Origin: Eledone cirrhosa
Taxonomy: Eukaryota
Direction: 5' to 3'
DNA: 64,000 bases
NCBI GenBank assembly: GCA_964016885.1
Contig: OZ024758.1
Span: forward strand, 13,516,001-13,580,000
Under the pieces are notes generated by a model. That model was not told where the DNA came from, made no database searches, and was given only the letters and a program-made list of their open reading frames with translations. The translations under genes and the position numbers were made by a program. Shown here piece after piece: positions 54,278-64,000 of this stretch; the first letter of the stretch is position 1; every line of letters starts with the position of its first letter.

Positions 54278-54343
54278 AAAGATATTGGAAATTATATGGA
54301 TGGTATGTGTACTCACTTTGAAGGTAAAGAGATTAAGGAAAAA
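54278..54343 (+). CDS. PSAP: Prosaposin-like exon 4 (SapB repeat 1, Cys3)
   Basis: tttcag acceptor, AAA|gtgagt donor, phase 0/0; KDIGNYMDGMCTHFEGKEIKEK. Confidence 0.88.
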
Positions 54344-54411
54344 GTGAGTTTACTACTAAAATATTGTTCTTTCTTTATCAGAGACGTGATAGTTTGGGTT
54401 GTTAAGATACG

Positions 54412-54730
54412 AGACAACCAAATAATAGGTTGAGTGCTTGTATCTCTGGTGTGTGACAACCATAGGTTGAGTGCTTGTATCTCTGGTGTGTGACAACCAT
54501 AGGTTGAGTGCTTGTATCTCTGGTGTGTGTGACAACCATAGGTTGAGTGCTTATATTTCTGGTGTGTGACAACCATAGGTTGAGTGCTTATATTTCTGGT
54601 GTGTGACAACCATAGGTTGAGTGCTTATATCTCTGGTGTGTGACAACCATCGGTTGAAGGCTTATATTCTGGTGTCAGACAACCAAATGACAAGTTGAGG
54701 GTTTATATCTCTGATGCTAGACAACCATAA
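54412..54730. repeat. ~37-bp tandem repeat
   Basis: GACAACCATAGGTTGAGTGCTTGTATCTCTGGTGTGT units. Confidence 0.9.
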
Positions 54731-55112
54731 TTTGAGGGCTTGTATCCCAGCTCTGCACTCGCCAAGATGTTTCACTCAAGGTTGCTCGGTGCCTCCTAGT
54801 TGCAGTTGTTAATTAGCTCCAGGTCAGCCATGATCTAGTTGGTCAATGATCAAAAATCTTCCAGCTGTAGCTATCATCTAAGTTTATTATGTAATGTGTC
54901 TTCTTTAAGATGGTAGCATGAATATGAGGCGGGAGGGGATATTTAGCTGCTAGTCATAGCAAGAAAATTGACCACATACGCATGCCAACAATGGTATTTG
55001 TATGTGCATATGCACACAAGTGCAGCCTATTGCAAACAAGAAATATACAATGTTTGTGTGTTTATATATATAGATAGAGAGAAAGAGACGTGTGTATATT
55101 TATGCATATGTA

Positions 55113-55188
<76 letters not shown>

Positions 55189-55417
55189 CATACACACACA
55201 GATCACGGTGGAGATGGCAAAGGACTGTGACGAGTGGAGAGATGCTGTGCTGAATAAGACCCGTCCCACCCTTGCAAGCAGGGAAAAGCGGACATAAAAT
55301 GATGATGATGATATATATATATATATTTCTTTTTTAATTAAAAATATTTTTTCTGAATAATTTTCATACTTCAAAAACACAAAACTTTAACAATTTGGTT
55401 TTCTTTTCTTCTTGTAG

Positions 55418-55477
55418 TGCCAACGTGATGTTGTTGAATATCTTCCTGAGTTATTTAAACTTCTGAACTTTGGAATG
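55418..55477 (+). CDS. PSAP: Prosaposin-like exon 5 (SapB repeat 1, Cys4 and YxP)
   Basis: cttgtag acceptor, ATG|gtatgt donor, phase 0/0; CQRDVVEYLPELFKLLNFGM. Confidence 0.9.
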
Positions 55478-55579
55478 GTATGTATCACAAATACTTTTTA
55501 AATATGTTGAGGTAGAGGTGAGAAGTGTTGTCTTCATTTGTACTGGTGGAAACCGGTGATCTTCAACAGCATTTTACTA

Positions 55580-56110
55580 AGTTTTTAACCATCTCGCCAA
55601 TTGCAACCCTGAGCGCCTCTTTGATCTCCATATGTCTAACACACGTGGACATGCCTACAAGATCAGAAAACAGCACAGCTCCCATGACTTTCGTAGACAT
55701 TTTTTCACGCTCAGAGTTGCTGAAGCATGGAACAAACTGCCTGCGTCAGTTGTTAGCTGCCGAGACACTGCATCCTTTAAGACACTCATGCTTCCCGAAA
55801 TACGCCAAAACTACACCCGATGTACCCCTTCCATGCACATGCACATATGTGTGTATCATGACTCGTGCACTGTTCATTTTACTGATGTTTGTGCATTGCC
55901 CTATGTACTGTACATGCACTTTTTTGATGAGTTGTGGTGCACCTGGGCACTGTACACAATATTTCATTATTGTTATTGTTATTATATCATGACTCGTACA
56001 CTGTTCATTTTCCTGACATTTGTACATTATTCTATGTACTATACATGCACCTTTGATGAGTTGTAGTGCACCTGAGCACTGTACACAATAATTTCATTAT
56101 TATTATTATA
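55580..56110 (+). mobile_element. CR1-clade LINE 3' fragment in PSAP intron 5
   Basis: Near-identical to 26870-27400 (NTRGHAYKIRKQHSSHDFRRHFFTLRVAEAWNKLP). Confidence 0.9.
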
Positions 56111-56769
56111 AAGAGTTAATGAACTAAACAAAATGACTGTACTCTCGGGTCTTGAATAACACACCCTTCTTCCCCACCCTTCTTAATTTTTGCTAATCTA
56201 TCTCTGACGAAATTTTATTATAATTGAGTCAGGGCGGTGGATTGGCAGTATTGGTAGAGGGTTGGACGCCATGCTTTGCAGTAAAGAGTTACGGCCCTTT
56301 ATGGTCTGAGTTCAAATCCTGTCGAGGTTAACTTTGCCTTTCATCCTTACGGGGTTGATAAAATAAAGTACCAGTAATACACTGGGATAATTGCTGGCCT
56401 TGTGCCAAAAGTAGAAACAATCATAATTGATTCATACCAATACAACAGCTGGAAAATGTAATAATTATTTTATTTTACATTAAAAGAAATCATATATGAC
56501 ACACACAAAAAAAGGACATAACAAGAAATCCCATATTTACGAACATACACTATACAATTACCGACTCCCCGTTTATAAGAATTTCAGCTAATATCCAACC
56601 CCCACCTACCACTTATTGCAACCTTCCCCTATTATTTTGGACTGGAGAGTAGCTAATGTGAGATTCTGTGTTTTTAAAGAAAAGTATTTTATTGCTGGAC
56701 ATGTTATCAAGCAGCCCCATCTATTCTAGAGAGAGAGCAACTTCTATTTGCTTGCTTGCTGGGTGGCCA

Positions 56770-57110
56770 TCAATCAAGTCCAATGGGCTCATGAGGTTCT
56801 TGAGTTGCTGGAGCCTTGACCTGATGGTGGAGCGGGTGGATCGGTGACCCGAGGATGAGGACATCCTCTTTGGAGGTCAGGTGTACCTGGTGGAGAATGG
56901 ACCGCACGTCCAAGACAGACTGCAAAACTCTCAGCATCGTGGCTGACATTCACCACCTCCGACTTAGACGAGTTGACGTGGAGGCTGATTCCCGCCAGGG
57001 CAGGAACCACCAATTGTAGGTCATAGCAGACAGTCTCTACGGGCCCGCCCAAAGTAGCATCCTCCAGGTAAGTCAGCAACAGCTCTCACCCTCACCCCAA
57101 CTCATTTATG
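56770..57110 (-). mobile_element. Degenerate CRE-clade-like reverse transcriptase fragment
   Basis: TYLEDATLGGPVETVCYDLQLVVPALAGISLHVNSSKSE matches the YLDDxTLGG...GLxLNxSKxE RT motif with a D-to-E change. Confidence 0.65.
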
Positions 57111-57341
57111 TGAGCTGTGTCAGGTCGCTTTCAAACACTACTGGCAACACATAACCCAGTACAACCTGTTGAGTGGTTGGCTTGCCAGTGATTAAACCGG
57201 CAACCCTACCAACCTTGCTTGGTGGGGTGTGTATGTGCACGCATGCATGTGTACATGTGTACTAATAATAATTTAATGAGTCTTTTTTTTCTAATTAGCT
57301 TGTTACCTATGTAATAAATAATTTATTGTAATTCATTTCAG

Positions 57342-57470
57342 GATGCAAAAGGTGTTTGCCACACATTGAATTTTTGTCTGAAGAGTGAGTTTCCTTCTAT
57401 TAAGAAATCCGCCAATGAAATTCCTATTGCTAATACTCATACTAGGACAGTACACATCACCACAACTCCT
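57342..57470 (+). CDS. PSAP: Prosaposin-like exon 6 (SapB repeat 1 end plus linker)
   Basis: tttcag acceptor, CCT|gtaagt donor, phase 0/0; DAKGVCHTLNFCLKSEFPSIKKSANEIPIANTHTRTVHITTTP (CxxLxxC motif). Confidence 0.9.
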
Positions 57471-58039
57471 GTAAGTTGAACACTTTCTGAAGTTGATAAT
57501 CTCAATTTCTCATTTTTTTAAAACTACTAGTAAAAAGGGGTTAGAATGTCTCAGGAAAGAATAGCTGGATAGATTTTACAGTCAAAACCAACCGGCAAGA
57601 GAACTAAGGGTAGACCCTGAGCAAGATGGTTGGATAACATCCATGAGCATAGCTGGTCACGCTTGGGGATCAATCTGACTCTGAACATAGCTAAAATATA
57701 GAAAATGTGTGGGAAATACAAATAACAATTAGATGGATCAGTTGGAAATGGTTGCTTCTGACAGGGCCTGTTGGAAGGAGTGTTTGAGGACTCTGCCCCC
57801 ACGACCCTTTCAGGAATAAGTGGGCGAAGAACAACTACTACTACTACTACTACTACTAGCAATAAGACTGGAGAAGCTACATGTTGCCTGACCATTTGTG
57901 TCTTTTCTTCAGAACTAAATGGGACAAACGCGTCTAACCCATGCTAGCGTGGAAGATAGACGTTAAACGATGATGATATTGACTGGTCACATTCAAATAG
58001 CTGTACTCTTTCTTTTCAAAATTATTATTTTTTCTGATA

Positions 58040-59111
58040 TTAGGGGCAGGAGAATCGGTAGAGCGTCTAACACCCTGCTTCACAGCATAGAGTTACAGCC
58101 CTTTACGGTCTGAGTTCAAATCACGCCGAAATTAGCTTTACCTTTCATCCTTACGGGGTTGATAAAATAAAGTACCAGTCACGCACTGGGGTCGATCTAA
58201 TCGACTTTCACCCACCTCCCCCCAAAATTGTTGGCCTTGTGCCTAAATCAGAAACCATTGACAGTATCGTTAGAGCATCAGACACCATGATTTGCAGCAT
58301 AGAGTTATGGCCCATTGCGTTCTGAGTTCAAATCCCGCCACGGTTTAACTTTGACTTTCATCCTTTGACTTTCCCCTCCCCAAAATTACTGGACTTGTGT
58401 CTATACTAGAAATCATTATTTTTCCTGATCTTTGCCTTTCATCCTTACGGGGTCGATAAAATAAAGTACCAGTAATGCACTGGGTAATCGCTGGCCTTGT
58501 GCCAAAAGTAGAAATCATTATTTTTTCCTGATATTTATTGCTTGTTTTATCCTTTTCTCTGTAGCCTGATACGAAAATATGCAAAGATTGCAAAGTATTC
58601 TTCACTGATGTTCGTAATAGAGTGACATCTACTCCAGTTATTGTAAGTGTTGCATGTCATTATTTTTTCTTCACAAGGCTGGTGGTTTGGCAGTATCGGT
58701 AGAGGGTCGGACGCCATGCTTTGACGCATAGAGTTACGGCCCTTGCCATTCTGAGTTCAAAATCCCGCCGAGGTTAACTTTGCCTTTCATCCTTACGGGG
58801 TCGATAAAATAAAGTACCAGTAAAACATTGGGATAATTGCTGGCCTTGTGCCAAAAATTGAAACAATTACTTTATCTTCATAAGTCCGGTGGAATTGCAG
58901 TATCGGTAGAGCGTCGGACGCCATGCTTTGACGCATAGTTACGGCCTTTTATGATCTGGGTTCAAATCCTGCCGAGGCTAGCTTTGCCTTTCATCCTTAC
59001 TGTGGTTGATAAAATACAGTACCAGTAATGCACTGGGGGGGGGGGGGGGGTCAATTAATTCACTTTCCCCTCCCTCAAAATTGTTGGCCTTGTGCCTAAA
59101 TCAGAAACCAT
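58040..59111 (+). mobile_element. Five family A SINE copies around PSAP exon 7
   Basis: Approx. 58040-58258, 58260-58417, 58428-58520, 58678-58868 and 58887-59111, all in sense orientation. Confidence 0.85.
58565..58642 (+). CDS. PSAP: Prosaposin-like exon 7 (SapB repeat 2, CxxC)
   Basis: ctctgtag acceptor, ATT|gtaagt donor, phase 0/0; PDTKICKDCKVFFTDVRNRVTSTPVI. Confidence 0.9.
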
Positions 59112-59143
59112 TTTTAATATGTCTAAATGTTTATTTCTTGTAG

Positions 59144-59206
59144 AACAATGTCGAGCAAATATTTAATCGGGAAGTTTGCCCCTATTTGGGACCCTTTTCA
59201 AAAATG
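59144..59206 (+). CDS. PSAP: Prosaposin-like exon 8 (SapB repeat 2, Cys3)
   Basis: ttcttgtag acceptor, ATG|gtatgt donor, phase 0/0; NNVEQIFNREVCPYLGPFSKM. Confidence 0.9.
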
Positions 59207-60721
59207 GTATGTATTCTTTTGTTTTCTGTTGTAATTTATATAGAAATAAACCACTTGTATATATCGTTTTCTTGACCCACTTATTCCTGAGACGGTCATA
59301 GGGGCAGAGTCATAATAATAATAATGAAATTATTGTGTACAGTGCTCAGGTGCACTACAACTCATCAAAGGTGCATGTATAATACATAGAATAATGTACA
59401 AATGTTGGGGAAGTTAATAGTGTATGAGTCATGATATACATGTGTGTATATATATATGGAAAGGGGTACATCAGGTATAGAGTTGAGTGTGTCATCATCA
59501 TCATCATCGTTTAACGTCTATCTTCCACGCTAGCATGGGTGAATAGTGTATGAGTCATGATATACATGTGTGCTTGTGTATGGAGGGGGAATAATAGGTG
59601 TAGTGTTGGCGAATTTCAGGAAGCATGGAGGTTTTAAAGGATGCAGTGTCTCGGCAGCTAACAACTGATGCAGGTAGTTTGTTCCATGCTTCAGCAACTC
59701 TGAGCGTGAAAAAATGTTTCCGAAAGTTATACTCCTTCCAGTAAGTCCTGTCAGAAGCAAACATGTCTCCAAGCAAGACCAGCCAAACTCATGGATGTTA
59801 TTTAACCATCTTGCTCGGGCATTACCCCCTGGGTCTCCTGCCAATTGGTTTTGCCTGTAAAATCTGTCCAGTTTAGTGATTCTTTCCTGAAACATTCTAA
59901 CCACATGTCCATAGTATCAGAGCTGTGATCTCTCAATTCCAAGAAGTAGGGGCTCTACCTAGAGCAACTTTATCTCCAAGCAACAAATCTCTCCAGTGAT
60001 TCTTTCTTGAGACATTCTAACCACATGCCCATAGTATCGGAGCTGTGATCTCTCAATTCAGAGAAGTAGCAGCTCTACCTGGAGTGACTCTCTGATCTCC
60101 GAGCTATGCACTCTATTGAGTAACAATTCCTCCAAAGACCCTTCGGAGGAACCCCATATAACATTGGAAATTTTATTTACCATTTATGTTTTATTACTAA
60201 TGTTGGATTTAAAGGTAAAATATTTCTCTTACCTGGTGACTCTTAAGATTTTTATTAAATACTTCATGCAGTTATTGTTGTGGCATGTAGTGTAGCATGG
60301 CAGAAGGATTGGTACAACGAGAGAACTCATCTGTCAGGGACCATGACGTGAATGCTCCTTCAGTGGCCTCTCTGGTGCAGCCACCTTAACGTGAAACACT
60401 GGCTCTTTCTTTCAGTCCTACAAAATCCCTCCCTCCCTGCTGGCTCCAGTGATGCCTGGCCCTTCTGCTCCTGCCTGAATCGCCTCCGAACAGCTGTTGG
60501 TTGATGTAGAGCCAACCATCAGAAACGGGGATATGCCCCTGATGATGATTCCAACCGCCATGCTGGCAATTACAAACTTTGGAGCACCTTCTGGTTTGCC
60601 CCAATCTTGAATATTCATGCACACTTGATGACTTTGAAACCTTAACACCCTAGGCAAAGCTCTGTGCGCAACACTGGATGGGTGTGGTGTAGCGACTTGA
60701 TAAGATGTTATTGTTATATAT

Positions 60722-61525
60722 ATGAAATGGCCTTGCTCAGTATGTAGGAAAGGTGTAGGTAGGAACTCCATTCTCTGCCCCAAATGCAAACAATGGGTAC
60801 ACAAGAGATGTAGCGGGATCTCAGGAAGCTTAATTAAGAATGTAGGATTCACATGCAGCAGCTGTGCTGAAACAGCAAGCAAACAGCCACAGGAAACAAG
60901 TACCACCAATCTCTGGGAGGGCCCTGTAGAAACAGTAGACAGCTTCTGCTACCTAGGTGACCGAATTAGCAACGGAGGTGGGTGCTCAGAAAGTACAATA
61001 ACTAGGGTAAGAACGGGATGGAAGAAGTTTAGGGAACTACTACCACTGCTAGCTGCAAAAGGCTTCTCCCTCAGAATGAAAGGCAGACTGTATGATGCGT
61101 GTATCCGAACAGCGATGTTGCATGGTAGTGAGACCTGGGCGCTGAAGGTGGAAGACTTACGTAGATTAGAGAGAAACGAAGCCTGCATGCTCCGATGGAT
61201 GTGTAACAGTAATATACGTGAACGACAAAGCATAAAGGAATTGAGAGAGAGACTGAGCATAAGAGGAATCAAATGCTGCGTGCAGGAGAGGCGGTTACGC
61301 TGGTATGGACATGTGATGCGTATGAAGGATGACAGCTGCATAAAAAGGTGCAGAGCACTAGAAGTTGATGGAAACCGCGGAGTGGGGAGACCCAAGATGA
61401 CTTGGGATGAGGTGATAAAAGCCGACCTTACCCAACTACACCTCTCAAAGTCAATGACACACGACCGTGACTTCTGGCGTCACGCAGTAATACAGGGTAC
61501 CCGACCTCCCATGGGTACATGCTGA
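60722..61525 (+). mobile_element. 5'-truncated RTE-X-like LINE ORF2 C-terminal part, in PSAP intron 8
   Basis: KWPCSVCRKGVGRNSILCPKCKQWVHKRCSG Cys-rich finger, SFCYLG, KGRLYDACIRTAMLHGSETW, RRLRWYGHVMRM, GRPKMTW; 267 codons uninterrupted. Confidence 0.9.
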
Positions 61526-61827
61526 AGCATATAAACAATATGCCCCCCCCCCCCCCCCCCCCCCGCCGCAAGGTGGTCGTGGAGGTGCCACGGCAAAAAA
61601 GCACCCAGCCCACACTGTAAAGTGGACGTGTAGGCGCCACGAAAAAGCACCCAGCACTCACTGTAAATGAGGTTGGTGTTAGGAAGGGCATCCAGCTGTA
61701 GAAATCAAGCCAGATCAGTTCCTGTATGAGCAAGGCATGGTCAGCCGACCAGACACTGCCCACAACAGGACAACCCGTCTAACCCATGCTAGCGTGGAAG
61801 AACGGACGTAAAACGGTGATGATGATG

Positions 61828-63100
61828 AGGGTGGTAGATTGGCAGTATCGGTAGAGGGTCGGACGCCATGCTTTGCAGCATAGAGTTACGGCCCTTTGTG
61901 ATCTGAGTTCAAATCCCGCCGAGGTTAACTTTACCTTTCATCCTTACGGGGTCGATAAAATAAAGTACCAGTCACGCCCTGGGATCAATTAAATTGACTA
62001 TCCCCACCCCCAAAATTGCTGGCCTTGTGCCTATATAAGAAACCATTGTTATAATATATATTCACAAACAAACCTGTTCTAATTTTTCAGTGCCAGCAAT
62101 ATGTGAAACTATATGTTCCTCTCTTAATGCAAGAACTCAGTATGTATATTGTAAGTATCATTATTATAAGTATCATTAAAGAGCGGTGGATTGGCAGTAT
62201 TGGGAGAGGGTCGGACGCCATGCTTTGTAGCATAGAGTTACGGCCCTTGCCATTCTGAGTTCAAATCCCGCCGAGGTTAACTTTGCCTTTCATCCTTACG
62301 GGGTCGATAAAATAAAGTACCAGTAATGCACTGGGATAATTGCTGGCCTTGTGCCAAAAGTAGAGACAATTATTATAAGTATCATTAAAGGGCGGTGGAT
62401 TGGCAGTATCGGTAGAGGGTCGGACGCCATGCTTTCCAGCATAGTTACGTCCCTTTACGGTCTGAGTTCAAATCCCGCCGAGGTTGACTTTGCCTTTCAT
62501 CCTTACAGGGGTCGATAAAATAAAGTACCAGTAATGCACTGGGGTAATTGCTGGCCTTGTGCCTAAAGTAGAAACCATTATTATAAGTATCATTATATCA
62601 TTATTATTATGAGCGGTGAATTGGCAGTATCGGTAGAGGGTCGGACGCCATGCTTTTCAGCATAGAGTTCCGCCCCTTTACGGTCTGAGTTAAAAACCCG
62701 CCGAGGTTATTACATTCTCCAGCTGTTGTATTGGTATGAATCAATAATAATTGTTTCTACTTTTGGAACAAGGCCAGCAATTATCCCAGTGTATTACTGG
62801 TACTTTATTTTATCGACCCCCGTAAGGATGAAAGGCAAAGTTAACCTCGACGGGATTTGAACTCAGACCGTAAAGGGCCGTAACTCTTTGCTGCAAAGCA
62901 GAAACAATTATCATCATTATTATTGGCAGTATCGGTAGAGGTTTGGACGCCATGCTTTCTAGCATAGTTACATCCCTTTATGGTCTGAGTTCAAATCCCG
63001 CTGAGGTTAACTTTGCCTTTCATCCTTACGGGGTCGATAAAATAAAGTACCAGTAATGTACTGGGTAATTGCTGGCCTTGTTCCAAAAGTAGAAACAATT
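61828..63100 (+). mobile_element. Six family A SINE copies around PSAP exon 9 (one inverted, 62746-62900)
   Basis: Repeated A/B box heads and (AAT)n tails, with a shared target duplication TTATTATAAGTATCATTA. Confidence 0.85.
62091..62150 (+). CDS. PSAP: Prosaposin-like exon 9 (SapB repeat 2, Cys4 and YxP)
   Basis: tttttcag acceptor, ATT|gtaagt donor, phase 0/0; CQQYVKLYVPLLMQELSMYI. Confidence 0.9.
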
Positions 63101-63229
63101 ATTATTAGGTGTTGTTGTTTAGTCTCTGGTTCGATGCTGCAGTCACACGTAATGTTCCCATCCTTTAAATATCCCCATATATCCAATTTGAACTATGAAT
63201 CATCTGTGATTCTATTTTTATTTCTTTAG

Positions 63230-63328
63230 GCACCAGATTTTTTCTGCAGTGTTTTAACATTCTGTCCTACCTCTAGAGAAGAGGCTGTTTCTCAAATGTT
63301 GAAAATGTTTATGAAGAAAGATGACCAG
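63230..63328 (+). CDS. PSAP: Prosaposin-like exon 10 (SapB repeat 2 end plus linker)
   Basis: tttctttag acceptor, CAG|gtagat donor, phase 0/0; APDFFCSVLTFCPTSREEAVSQMLKMFMKKDDQ. Confidence 0.9.
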
Positions 63329-63424
63329 GTAGATTATTATTTGTTCAACATTTTTGTTTTCAATTTTAGAGAGCTTGAAATGTCAATACTAGTTTTGGTA
63401 TAATATGTTGCTTTCTTTTTCCAG

Positions 63425-63493
63425 AATATCTGTACCGAATGTGAGACTTTCCTGGAAAGTATAAAGAAGAAGCTGCAAGCTAATGAAACTACT
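63425..63493 (+). CDS. PSAP: Prosaposin-like exon 11 (SapB repeat 3 start; gene continues beyond window)
   Basis: tttttccag acceptor, ACT|gtaaat donor, phase 0/0; NICTECETFLESIKKKLQANETT with CxxC and an N-E-T glycosylation sequon at the usual saposin position. Confidence 0.85.
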
Positions 63494-63693
63494 GTAAATA
63501 TATTTTCACTTGTCTATCATCACCGTTTAACGTCAATTTTTCCACGCGAGCATGGGTTAGATGAGTTATCCTGTTATGCTAAGTCAGGTGACCTTGTCAT
63601 GCTCATACAGAATCGATTTTGGTTTAGTTTCTACAACTAGATGCCCTTCCTTACACTAACCTCATTTACAATGAATACTGGGTGCTTTTTGTT

Positions 63694-64000
63694 GACACCT
63701 ACACGACCACTTTACAGTGTGGACTGGGTGCTTTTTGCCATGACACCTACACGACCACTTTACAGCGTGGACTGGGTGCTTTTTGCCATGACACCTACAC
63801 GACCACTTTACAGTGTGGACTGGGTGCTTTTTGCCATGACACCTACACGACCACTTTACAGTGTGGACTGGGTGCTTTTTGCCATGACACCTACACGACC
63901 ACTTTACAGCGTGGACTGGGTGCTTTTTGCCATGACACCTACACGACCACTTTACAGCGTGGACTGGGTGCTTTTTGCCATGACACCTACACGACCACTT
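63694..64000. repeat. 48-bp tandem repeat inside a minus-strand SINE-like element
   Basis: Period 48 (63742, 63790); adjoins a family B-type tail at 63520-63693. Confidence 0.9.

Noticed and set aside
60386-60909. Minus-strand ORFs next to the RTE-X fragment
   Set aside because: Partly antisense to the LINE ORF, and the remainder has no recognisable domain.

Overview
Eukaryotic, AT-rich genomic DNA dense in microsatellites and retroposons. The SINE and LINE repertoire looks cephalopod (octopus-like); that is an inference. The only host gene I can support is a multi-exon prosaposin (PSAP)-like gene on the + strand, which the ORF track largely misses. It has a signal-peptide exon at 32738-32783, a ~20 kb first intron, and ten more GT-AG exons (52739-63493). 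These encode SapA, two complete SapB domains and the start of a third; 303 codons lie in the window and the gene runs past its end. The promoter has a compact CRE, ETS and CLEAR/M-box cluster. The rest is transposon debris: two or three tRNA-derived SINE families; RTE/RTE-X, CR1-like, CRE-like and R4/Dong-like LINE fragments; piggyBac- and Tc1-type MITEs; and many tandem repeats. Notable non-coding structure: several Penelope-type inverted repeats in (TA)n tracts carrying minimal type I hammerhead ribozyme cores, satellites amplified from RTE LINE coding segments, and SINE insertions that carry copies of nearby unique DNA. Nearly all long ORFs in the track are simple-repeat artefacts. Coordinates were counted by hand and repeat boundaries are approximate.
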